A stretch of DNA of 63,435 nucleotides, filler included, from Octopus bimaculoides (Eukaryota): assembly GCF_001194135.2 (NCBI RefSeq). It is 6 parts of 5 records of this genome, joined end to end, with 100 filler letters (N's around TTAATTAATTAA, not from the genome) between each part and the next. Parts side by side here need not be neighbours in the genome. Positions count along the whole stretch, not along the records: positions 23,960 to 33,110 come from NC_068985.1; positions 33,211 to 50,889 come from NC_068984.1; 4 more parts are not named here. One strand, written 5' to 3'. How positions within the stretch are numbered: position 1 is the stretch's first letter; each line of letters opens with the position of its first letter. The notes beneath the pieces are model-generated. The model had not been told where the DNA came from. It worked only from the letters and a program-made list of their open reading frames with translations, and ran no database searches. Shown here one piece after another: positions 27,088 to 38,540 of this stretch. The translations under genes and the position numbers were made by a program.

Positions 27088-28560
27088 ACAAATACCTAGG
27101 GGTAATTGAAGGGGACAATATCAAGCACTCAGTGATGAGGGAAAGGATCAGAAGAGAATGTTACGCAGGGTGAGAGCAATACTGAAGACAGAGCTGAACG
27201 CGAGAAACAGGATCGAAGCGATCAATGCTCTAGCCATACCAGTCGTGACTTACAGTTTCAACATCGTTNNNNNNNNNNNNNNNNNNNNNNNNNNNNNNNN
27301 NNNNNNNNNNNNNNNNNNNNNNNNNNNNNNNNNNNNNNNNNNNNNNNNNNNNNNNNNNNNNNNNNNNNNNNNNNNNNNNNNNNNNNNNNNNNNNNNNNNN
27401 NNNNNNNNNNNNNNNNNNNNNNNNNNNNNNNNNNNNNNNNNNNNNNNNNNNNNNNNNNNNNNNNNNNNNNNNNNNNNNNNNNNNNNNNNNNNNNNNNNNN
27501 NNNNNNNNNNNNNNNNNNNNNNNNNNNNNNNNNNNNNNNNNNNNNNNNNNNNNNNNNNNNNNNNNNNNNNNNNNNNNNNNNNNNNNNNNNNNNNNNNNNN
27601 NNNNNNNNNNNNNNNNNNNNNNNNNNNNNNNNNNNNNNNNNNNNNNNNNNNNNNNNNNNNNNNNNNNNNNNNNNNNNNNNNNNNNNNNNNNNNNNNNNNN
27701 NNNNNNNNNNNNNNNNNNNNNNNNNNNNNNNNNNNNNNNNNNNNNNNNNNNNNNNNNNNNNNNNNNNNNNNNNNNNNNNNNNNNNNNNNNNNNNNNNNNN
27801 NNNNNNNNNNNNNNNNNNNNNNNNNNNNNNNNNNNNNNNNNNNNNNNNNNNNNNNNNNNNNNNNNNNNNNNNNNNNNNNNNNNNNNNNNNNNNNNNNNNN
27901 NNNNNNNNNNNNNNNNNNNNNNNNNNNNNNNNNNNNNNNNNNNNNNNNNNNNNNNNNNNNNNNNNNNNNNNNNNNNNNNNNNNNNNNNNNNNNNNNNNNN
28001 NNNNNNNNNNNNNNNNNNNNNNNNNNNNNNNNNNNNNNNNNNNNNNNNNNNNNNNNNNNNNNNNNNNNNNNNNNNNNNNNNNNNNNNNNNNNNNNNNNNN
28101 NNNNNNNNNNNNNNNNNNNNNNNNNNNNNNNNNNNNNNNNNNNNNNNNNNNNNNNNNNNNNNNNNNNNNNNNNNNNNNNNNNNNNNNNNNNNNNNNNNNN
28201 NNNNNNNNNNNNNNNNNNNNNNNNNNNNNNNNNNNNNNNNNNNNNNNNACTACCTAGCTCAGATACCAGGAAACCCCAAAATGGCTGAAGTTCAAAAGAT
28301 AGTGCTCATGGGAACTGCCCATATCCTACGTAAAATACTGTCTATGTGATCTCAAATTTTAAAGCAAACACATAATTTTCTTATGGTTTCTTAAACGTTC
28401 ACTTGATAAAAACTGTACAAGTCCAAATATATGGTACCCTAGGCATAACACCTACATGAATTTCTAACTTGTTGTCTCTTGAGGTCTCTGGGTGAGACTT
28501 GGATCCAACTTGTACAAATGCAAAACAAAAGTCAAACATAAAATAATAATAATAATAATA
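27088..28560 (+). mobile_element. R4/Dong-like retrotransposon copy 2, 5'-truncated, middle in an assembly gap
   Basis: YKYLGVIEGDNIKHSVMRERIRREC..RVRAILKTELNARNRIEAINALAIPVVTYSFNIV; after the gap the same C-terminus and 3' UTR as 8584-8865, ending in (AAT)n. Confidence 0.92.
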
Positions 28561-28772
28561 CGGTTAGAGTTAGAGTTAGGGTTGAGGTTAGGGTTACAGT
28601 TAGCGATAGGTTTAGGGTTAGGGTTAGAGTTAGGGATAGGGTTAGGGTTAGGGTTAGGGTTACGATTAGGGATAGGGTAAGGGTTAGGGATAGGGTTCGG
28701 GTTAGGGATAGGGTAAGAGTTAGGGTTAGGATTAGGGTTAGGGTCAGGGTTAGGGCTAGGGCTAAGGTTAGG
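28561..28772 (+). repeat. Degenerate (TTAGGG)n telomere-type array, about 35 hexamers
   Basis: Directly visible; G-rich strand is +. Confidence 0.95.
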
Positions 28773-28809
28773 TATTTTTTCCAATGTCCGGTGTTATTTT
28801 CTTGTGTAC
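28773..28809 (-). repeat. Single inverted copy of the 38-bp satellite unit
   Basis: TATTTTTTCCAATGTCCGGTGTTATTTTCTTGTGTAC is the reverse complement of the unit at 28813-29310. Confidence 0.9.
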
Positions 28810-28812
28810 AGA

Positions 28813-29310
28813 AACACGGGACATCGGAAACAAAACGTAGACACGAAAATAACACAGGACATTCGAAACAAAACGTAGACAGGAAAATAACACGGGACAT
28901 TGGAAACAAAACGTAGACAAGAAAATAACAGGGGACATTGGAAACGAAACATAGACAAGAAAATAACACGGGACATTGGAAACAATACGTAGACAAGAAA
29001 ATAACACGGGACATGGGAAACAAAATGTAGGCAAGAAAATAACACGGGACATCGCAAACAAAACGTAGACAAGACATTAATAACACGGGACATTGCAAAC
29101 AAAACGTAGACAAGAAAATAACACGGGACATTGCAAACAAAACGTAGACAAGAATTAACACAGGACACTGAAAACAAAACGTACACAAGAAAATAACATG
29201 GGAAATTGGAAACAAAACGTAGACAAGAAAATAATACGGGACACTGGAAAAAAAACGTAGCCAAGAAAATAACACGGGACATTGGAAATAAAACGTAGAC
29301 AAGAAAATAA
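28813..29310 (+). repeat. 38-bp minisatellite, 13 units, consensus AACACGGGACATTGGAAACAAAACGTAGACAAGAAAAT
   Basis: Unit starts at 28813, 28851, 28889, 28927, 28965, 29003, 29041, 29082, 29120, 29157, 29195, 29233, 29271. Confidence 0.95.
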
Positions 29311-30619
29311 CCCTAAACCTAACCCTAACCTTCACCCTAACCCTAACACAAACCCTAACACTAACCCTAACCTAACACAAACCCTAAACCAAACACTAAC
29401 CCTAACTCTAACACTAACCCTAACCTTAAACCTAAAACTCACACTAACCTTAACTCTAACCGTCACCCTAACTTTAACCCTAAATCTAACCCTAACCCTA
29501 ACACTAAACCTAACCCAAACCCTAATCCTAACCCTAACGCTAACCCAAACCCTAACCCTAACCCTAACACAAACCCTAACCCAAACGCTAACCCTAAACC
29601 TAACCCTAAACCTAACCCTAACCATAACCCTAAACCTAAACCTAACCCTAATTCTAACACTAACCCTAACTCGAACACTAATCATAACCCTAACCCTAAC
29701 CCTAACCCTAACCCTAACCCTAACCCTAACCCTAACTCTAACCCTAACCCTAGCCATTGCCATAGCCCTAACCCTAGACGTAGCCCTAACCTTAACCCTA
29801 AACCTAACCTTAAACCTAACCCTAACCCTAATCCTAAACCTAACCCTAACCCTAACCCTAACCCTAACGATAACCCTAACCCTAACGCTAACCCTAACCC
29901 TAACCCTAACCCTAACCCTATCCTTAACCCTAACCCTAACCCTAAACCTATCCCTAACCCTAATCTTAAACCTAACCCTAACCCTAACACTAACCCTAAC
30001 ATTAACCCTAACCCTAACCCTAAACCTTACCCTAATGCTAACCCTAAACATAACCCTAACCCTAACACTAACCCTAAACCTAACCCTAACCCTAACCCTA
30101 ACCCTTACCCTCACCCTAACACTAAACATAGCCCTAACACTAACCCTAACCCTAAACCAAACCCTAACCCTAACGTAATCCCTTACCCTAACCCTAACGC
30201 TAACCCTAACCCTAACCCTTACCCTATCCCTAACCCTAACCCCAACCCTAAACCTTACACTAACGCTAACCCTAACCCTAACCCTAACCCTAGACCTAAT
30301 CCTAACCCTAACACTAACCCTAACCCTAACCCTAAAGCTAACGCTAACCATAACCGTAAACCTAACCCTAGCCCTTACCCTAACACTAAACCTAACCCTA
30401 ACCCTAACCCCAACCCTAACCCTAACCCTAACGCTAACCCTAACCCTAACCGAAACCCTAACCCTAACCCTAACCCTAACCCTAACTCTAACCCTAACCC
30501 TAACTGTAACCCTAACCGTAACCCTAACCCTAAACCTTACGCTAACCCCAACGTTAACTTTAACCCTAAACCTAACCCTAACCCTAACCCTAACCATAAC
30601 CCTTACGCTAACGGTGACA

Positions 30620-30659
<40 letters not shown>

Positions 30660-30769
30660 CCCTAACAGTAACTCTAAACCTAACCCTAACCCTAACCCTA
30701 ACACTAACCCTAACCTTAACCCTAACCCTAACCCTAACCATAACCATAACCCTTACGCTAACGCTAACA

Positions 30770-30809
<40 letters not shown>

Positions 30810-30820
30810 CCCTAACCCTA
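29311..30820 (-). repeat. Degenerate (CCCTAA)n telomere-type array, about 250 hexamers
   Basis: Directly visible; variants include CACTAA, CGCTAA, CTCTAA, ACCTAA, CCTTAA, CCATAA; G-rich strand is -. Confidence 0.97.
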
Positions 30821-31409
30821 GAATTTAAAATCACTTTAACTTTCTAAGACATTTCAACGCTTCTAAATGCAAACTTTGTTTGTTTGTTTACGTTAGTCGT
30901 AACTTGAATTTAACATTATTATTATATTATATTATATTTAAATATAGGCCTAAAAATATTATTGTGTATTGACCTTTACTAATTAACCAAATCATATAAT
31001 ACGCTTTAATTTGGATACAAATATGAATATATACATTAAAAAATTTTCACAAAATAAATCTAAATTTACAAACCTAACATAAATTAGATATAATATAGAT
31101 GTAAATAACATACATTATATTATATTATATAATATTTAAATATCAGTTTAATAATAATATTGAGTATTGATCTAAATTAATCGCATGATATAATACATTT
31201 TAGTTTAGACACAAATTCTATAAATCTATCGATAACAGCAATTTTGATGACGTAATATACCGAATAAATCCACGTACGAATCATAAATATATAATGTAGA
31301 CCTACATGGGAATATTACATGTTAGATCCCAATATACGGCTAAATATATAATACTATACTATATAATAACTAGAAATCAATATCTAGATATAAGCAATAA
31401 TATTTATTT

Positions 31410-31714
31410 ATTGACCGTTCTAAAGCCTAGCCAGGTCCATGGGTCCGGTTTCCCGGTTTCTATAGCGTATGTGTTCCCTCCAGCTGGACGGGACGCCAGT
31501 CCATCACAGCATTACTCAAAAATCAGAAAGAAGGAGTCAGAGATAGTTGGGGCGAAAGAGTAAAACAGGCGTCGCCACCACTCCGTGCCGGAGCCTCGTG
31601 GTGCTTTAGGTGTTTTCGCTCAATAAACATACACAACTCCCGGTCTGGGAATCGAAACCGCGATCCTCTGCCTGCGAATCCGCTGCCGTAACCACTGGGC
31701 CATTGCACCTCCAC
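31410..31714 (-). mobile_element. tRNA-derived SINE with a family C head and a different 3' tail
   Basis: Head GTGGAGGTGCAATGGCCCAGTGGTTA..GGTTTCGATTCCCAGACCGGG shared with 60620; tail GATGGACTGGCGTCCCGTCCAG.. Confidence 0.8.
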
Positions 31715-31827
31715 TAAGCAATAATATAATTGCTTTAATAACCTTTTAATAATATACATATACACTTATGAGCTAATGAAGTAACTTTAGAAGGAAACAT
31801 CTATATACACACGCTCAGACATATATC

Positions 31828-32275
31828 TCTTTCTTTATCGCTCACAGGTTAAACATAGGGGAGACAAACAAGGACAGACAAAAGGATTAAGTCGATTACA
31901 TAGAACTCAATGTATAACTGGTACTTATTTAATTGACCCCGAAAGAATGAAAGGCAAAGTCGACTTCGGTGGAATTTGAACTCAGAATGTAACAGCAGAC
32001 GAAATACCGCTAAGCATTTCGCCCGGCATGCTACCGTTTCTTATTTCTTTATTGCCCACAAGAGGTTAAACATAGAGGGGACAAACAAGTACAGACAAAG
32101 GGATTAAGTCGATTACATCGACCCCAGTGCGTGACTGGTACTTAATTTATCGACGACGAAAAGATGTAAGGCAAAGTCGACCTCGGCGGAACTTGAACTC
32201 AGAACGTAACCGCAGACGAAATACTGCTAAGCATTTCGCCCGGCGTGCTAACGTTTCTGCCAGCTCGCCGCCTTA
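31828..32275 (-). mobile_element. SINE family B head-to-tail dimer
   Basis: Two copies of the ..GTTCAA.TTCC.CCGA.GTCGACTTTGCC..AAGTACCAG..TAATCGACTTAATCC body, joined at 32041. Confidence 0.9.
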
Positions 32276-32883
32276 TGTGCATACACACACACACACACAC
32301 ANNNNNNNNNNNNNNNNNNNNNNNNNNNNNNNNNNNNNNNNNNNNNNNNNNNNNNNNNNNNNNNNNNNNNNNNNNNNNNNNNNNNNNNNNNNNNNNNNNN
32401 NNNNNNNNNNNNNNNNNNNNNNNNNNNNNNNNNNNNNNNNNNNNNNNNNNNNNNNNNNNNNNNNNNNNNNNNNNNNNNNNNNNNNNNNNNNNNNNNNNNN
32501 NNNNNNNNNNNNNNNNNNNNAATACATAAATAATGACTTCCATATATACATATACACATACACATACATGCACGTGCATACACAGATATACATAAATTTC
32601 ATTTCAGCTTTATTTATTTTTATTTTTATTTCTTATTTCTGTTTATTTTATTATATACTTTATCATTTACTTTTACTCTTATATACTTTAATTTATTATT
32701 ATCATTATTATCGAATTTGAAAATAAATATGAATATCAAAGAATGTGCAAATAAACACACACGCTCACACAAATAATAAACATGCCTTTATCTTAGTCTA
32801 TACGTGGCCAGAAATATGTATGTGTTACCTCTGATATCGATAACAAAAACATGATGTGATAGGATATAACTGTGAATATATCA

Positions 32884-33073
32884 CTCTTTCACTCTTTTAC
32901 TTGTTTCAGTCATTTGACTGTGACCATGCTGTAGCACCGCCTTAGTCGAGCAAATCGACCCCAGGACTTATTCTTTTGAAGCCTAGTACTTACTCTATCG
33001 GTCTCTTTTGCCGAACCGCTAAGTTACGGGGCCGTAAACACACCACCATCGGTTGTCAAACACAGACACACAA

Positions 33074-33110
<37 letters not shown>

Positions 33111-33210
33111 NNNNNNNNNNNNNNNNNNNNNNNNNNNNNNNNNNNNNNNNNNNNTTAATTAATTAANNNNNNNNNNNNNNNNNNNNNNNNNNNNNNNNNN
33201 NNNNNNNNNN

Positions 33211-33291
<81 letters not shown>

Positions 33292-33672
33292 CACAGAGAC
33301 ACAGAGAGAGACAGACAGACACACACACACGCACACACACACACAGACACACAGACACGCACTATCTCTCTCTCACAGAAACACAACACACACACTCGCA
33401 TATATATATATAGTTGAATAAGATAGAGTCAACAAGGAGTACAGCTTGACAGTTATTTTTTTAAACACTACACATGTTTCCATAGTTCTTCATATATCCA
33501 AGAATTTGATTATGCGATGGGTTTCTTTTCTTTCAGTTTCCGTGTACAAAATCCATTCGCAGTATTTGGTCGGCTCGGAGCTATAATAGTAAACGCTAGC
33601 CCAAGGTGCCACGATGTATGAAAGAATACGGAACCATTTAATTGCGAAGCAAACTGCTTAACATACAGCCAC
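32884..33672 (-). mobile_element. SINE family A split by microsatellites and a gap (3' half 32884-33080, 5' half about 33515-33672)
   Basis: Both halves match 56961-57345; whether they belong to one copy is uncertain. Confidence 0.7.
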
Positions 33673-36600
33673 ATAAATAAATACATACAAATACGAAATT
33701 ACTTAATGAGGGAAACTTCACAGAAATTTGTCGGATGCATTACATTTCATTTCTAAATATGTTGTGTGAGTGTAGAGAATCTACAAACGTTTGAACTCAA
33801 TGTTTGATTAAAGTAAAGATTCGCAATACAAAACAAAATCCTTAATTCTTCCTGGGATGCTATGAAGAATCTATGATGGAACAGTTTGGCATCTGNNNNN
33901 NNNNNNNNNNNNNNNNNNNNNNNNNNNNNNNNNNNNNNNNNNNNNNNNNNNNNNNNNNNNNNNNNNNNNNNNNNNNNNNNNNNNNNNNNNNNNNNNNNNN
34001 NNNNNNNNNNNNNNNNNNNNNNNNNNNNNNNNNNNNNNNNNNNNNNNNNNNNNNNNNNNNNNNNNNNNNNNNNNNNNNNNNNNNNNNNNNNNNNNNNNNN
34101 NNNNNNNNNNNNNNNNNNNNNNNNNNNNNNNNNNNNNNNNNNNNNNNNNNNNNNNNNNNNNNNNNNNNNNNNNNNNNNNNNNNNNNNNNNNNNNNNNNNN
34201 NNNNNNNNNNNNNNNNNNNNNNNNNNNNNNNNNNNNNNNNNNNNNNNNNNNNNNNNNNNNNNNNNNNNNNNNNNNNNNNNNNNNNNNNNNNNNNNNNNNN
34301 NNNNNNNNNNNNNNNNNNNNNNNNNNNNNNNNNNNNNNNNNNNNNNNNNNNNNNNNNNNNNNNNNNNNNNNNNNNNNNNNNNNNNNNNNNNNNNNNNNNN
34401 NNNNNNNNNNNNNNNNNNNNNNNNNNNNNNNNNNNNNNNNNNNNNNNNNNNNNNNNNNNNNNNNNNNNNNNNNNNNNNNNNNNNNNNNNNNNNNNNNNNN
34501 NNNNNNNNNNNNNNNNNNNNNNNNNNNNNNNNNNNNNNNNNNNNNNNNNNNNNNNNNNNNNNNNNNNNNNNNNNNNNNNNNNNNNNNNNNNNNNNNNNNN
34601 NNNNNNNNNNNNNNNNNNNNNNNNNNNNNNNNNNNNNNNNNNNNNNNNNNNNNNNNNNNNNNNNNNNNNNNNNNNNNNNNNNNNNNNNNNNNNNNNNNNN
34701 NNNNNNNNNNNNNNNNNNNNNNNNNNNNNNNNNNNNNNNNNNNNNNNNNNNNNNNNNNNNNNNNNNNNNNNNNNNNNNNNNNNNNNNNNNNNNNNNNNNN
34801 NNNNNNNNNNNNNNNNNNNNNNNNNNNNNNNNNNNNNNNNNNNNNNNNNNNNNNNNNNNNNNNATATATATATATATACATACTGACATATACGTCAGTT
34901 CTTTTGAAGCTGATCTATAAACATACGATATTCCTGCTATGACGATTCCTTTCTTTCAGCGCTATGAATAACACACACATACCCAATGCTACCACTATTA
35001 TATAAGGCAATGGTGTGTGATTTATCAGAGCTTTAAGTATTAATTTTGCGCTGGTGCAGATGATCCTGTATTGGCTCGCGGCATTAAAAACACCGCTATT
35101 GAGGTGTGCTTGTAACGGTGCAAACGAAGACGGTAACAGTGACAGTGATTTTAGAAATGCTTTTGATAACGATGGTATTGGTCATATCTTCATTGTAATT
35201 TACTTACTCAATAGTAACACGGTCTTCGCTAACACCAAAATTACCCCATTCATCATATTGCTGATTAAGCTAACGAGAAAGTCACAAAGAAGTGGATTGC
35301 AGTTTTAGAATCAGTAACCAAAATCTCGATCAAATAACGCACCGACAATTAAATTATAAGAAGTAGTTTTAGATTTAATGTGTGCGAATGAAAGACGAGA
35401 AAATGTGGATCAGAACATCTTTGGCCATGATCTAATCGATGAGGGCTGACTGAGAGTTAAACAATAACAGTGGTGATGACGATGAAGACAACAATGATAA
35501 TAATGATGATGACGACAGAAGAGAAGTAAAAGAAAAATGAAGACTATATGAGTTTGCTGAAAAAAAATTTCTTCAAAAATCATCTGAAGAAAGGCTACAC
35601 TCAAGACATCGCAGTCATTATCAAAGCCACTGAACAGAATAGTAAATTTAGGGATGAGGGAGGTCACCTTCATTGATAGTGTAAATCCATCACTTAAAAA
35701 CTTATTTACTATTGCAACTAATACGAGGCTGTACATGTCGCAGCTTCTCTTATCACCACAAATGTGGGCAAAGGACGAGGGCTCATAACTATCCTCCATC
35801 TTTTATTGATAAAAGGGTTTAACCTCAAAATATTGATAAATATGGGAAAATTTTATACCACTGTTTCTGTTCTCCTTGTTTCCACTCCTTTACTTCCAAA
35901 ATTGCATTGTACAGACTCTGTAAAAATACTAACCCTTTCTCACAATGTCTCCTGCTTAATATTTAACTTTTTCTCGTCATGTGATTTAAAAATTTATACG
36001 GCAATTGTGTTAGAGCCGTTGATATTTTAATTGTTTTTTTGGTATAGCTGTATGTAAATTTGATAGCAACAATTGTACAGCTGTCTGTGAATGTATAAAT
36101 TTGACTGGTTGTTTTAATTTTGCAACATGTCAAGATTTATGGAGTCAAGATTTATATTTTGTACTAAATGCATTTTCTTATCTATTCATAATGGATCTAA
36201 AGCTTGGCCAACGGTAGTGCAATAGAAAGATATAGTATTTTGGTGCATGTATTTGCTGCACATAAAATCAAATATTAAATATGAAGTATTTCTCTGCTAT
36301 GAGCTCTCGTACTTGTTGACGGTGAACCGTCAATCGATTATTACTAAAATTTAGTTTTATTTTCATTACATTAACTACACTAAATAACATAAATTAAATT
36401 TCTTGATGCAAAAGTATAATAAATCTTTACGTAAATAGCTGTCCGGACACCTATTATGTATTTACAATGAAATTATACGCAATTCGCAGTTAGTGTTAAT
36501 ACAATTCCTGATTGTTGAAATTGTATTTCTAACAAGTAATCTGGCACTAGTTATAAATTATTTTAATGACTTTTATTGACTTTAGTGTTTAATCATTTTG

Positions 36601-37939
36601 AGTGCTTTGAGTGATGTCTTCATTTTTTTTTCTGCAATAGAATAATCTCATGAATGGTGTATGTTTCTGTAATTCTTATTCGTTTATATATAATATAGAT
36701 TAAATTATATATTTACTTTTGTATGCTTTAAATGACATGAAGTAGGCAACAAATTCTACTTTGAGTCTGGTAGGCTGAAGTGGATATCGGTCTCAATGTT
36801 CTTTTTAATGATTAAAATGTCTGCTGCCAAGTGGAATCGTTTTAAACTATACAATTGTAAAATGAATATTTTTGTATATACTATTAATTTGAGTTTTGTA
36901 CTCCATGAGTTGATCGAGACTATACACGTATTGCATAAAACGATCATCTATGTATAATTTTCAGGGTGTTTAGTAATTATTCGTAATTGGTGGCAACCAG
37001 ATTGTTCGTGGATTTAGATTTCTAATATTAGTATAAGTTGAGGAAACCACTGTTCCCATCGTGGTCAACATACATATTTGTTTGTAAATAGTGTCACTGA
37101 ATTCGAAATAATCATTTTGTAGGAACATTTTCATTCCTCCAACAATAAATCTTTTCTCTTTTCATTCATGTATTTAGAATTCTTTCAAGCGAGAATTCTA
37201 TTGCATAAGATTCGTATTCATGTGGAATTATAAAGGCTTCCTACTGAAAATCATATATATNNNNNNNNNNNNNNNNNNNNNNNNNNNNNNNNNNNNNNNN
37301 NNNNNNNNNNNNNNNNNNNNNNNNNNNNNNNNNNNNNNNNNNNNNNNNNNNNNNNNNNNNNNNNNNNNNNNNNNNNNNNNNNNNNNNNNNNNNNNNNNNN
37401 NNNNNNNNNNNNNNNNNNNNNNNNNNNNNNNNNNNNNNNNNNNNNNNNNNNNNNNNNNNNNNNNNNNNNNNNNNNNNNNNNNNNNNNNNNNNNNNNNNNN
37501 NNNNNNNNNNNNNNNNNNNNNNNNNNNNNNNNNNNNNNNNNNNNNNNNNNNNNNNNNNNNNNNNNNNNNNNNNNNNNNNNNNNNNNNNNNNNNNNNNNNN
37601 NNNNNNNNNNNNNNNNNNNNNNNNNNNNNNNNNNNNNNNNNNNNNNNNNNNNNNNNNNNNNNNNNNNNNNNNNNNNNNNNNNNNNNNNNNNNNNNNNNNN
37701 NNNNNNNNNNNNNNNNNNNNNNNNNNNNNNNNNNNNNNNNNNNNNNNNNNNNNNNNNNNNNNNNNNNNNNNNNNNNNNNNNNNNNNNNNNNNNNNNNNNN
37801 NNNNNNNNNNNNNNNNNNNNNNNNNNNNNNNNNNNNNNNNNNNNNNNNNNNNNNNNNNNNNNNNNNTGTAAGATTTCTCATTCATTACTCTCATGACAAC
37901 AAAACATGCGCCGATAATTATTATTTCTGTTATTATAAA

Positions 37940-37964
37940 AGTAGTAGTAGTAGTAGTCGTAGAC

Positions 37965-38032
<68 letters not shown>

Positions 38033-38033
38033 T

Positions 38034-38082
<49 letters not shown>
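37940..38082. repeat. (TAG)n microsatellite
   Basis: Directly visible. Confidence 0.95.
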
Positions 38083-38083
<1 letters not shown>

Positions 38084-38137
38084 TCAGCAGAGAGTCGAAC
38101 TAAACGCGTTTATAATATTTTGCATTAACTTAATTGT

Positions 38138-38540
38138 GTGAGCTGGCAGAATCGTTACCACACCGGGCAGTTACGTTCTGAGTTCAAATTCCACCGAGGT
38201 CGACTTTGCCTTTCATCCTTTCGGAGTCGATTAAATAAGTACAAGTTACGCACTGGGGTCGATATAATCGACTTAATCCCTTTGTCTGTCCTTGTTTGTC
38301 CCTTCTATATTTAGCCCCTTGTGGGCAATAAAGAAATAAGAATCGTTACCACACTGGACAAAGTGTTTAGTGACATTTCTTCTGTCTTAATGTTCTGAGT
38401 TCAAATGCCGCTGAGCTCGATTTTGCCTTTCATCCTTTCGGGGTTGGTAAAGTAAGTACCAGTTGAACACTGTGGTCAATGTAATCGATTTAATAAACCT
38501 CCCCCAAATTTGCTTGTGTTGTACCAAAATTTGAAAACAG
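38138..38540 (+). mobile_element. SINE family B dimer / nested insertion
   Basis: AGAATCGTTACCACAC duplicated at 38148 and 38339, flanking the first body. Confidence 0.9.

Noticed and set aside
28813-29310. 38-bp array as a CRISPR array or CENP-B-box satellite
   Set aside because: Units are contiguous with no unique spacers, and no TTCG-N4-A-N2-CGGG motif is present.
28532-29335. 267-aa Cys/Phe-rich ORF and overlapping ORFs
   Set aside because: Translation of the T-rich satellite strand; the periodic peptide follows directly from the 38-bp unit.
35410-35799. 129-aa minus-strand ORF
   Set aside because: About a third is degenerate trinucleotide repeat, there is no recognisable motif, and no convincing splice pair fits the frame.
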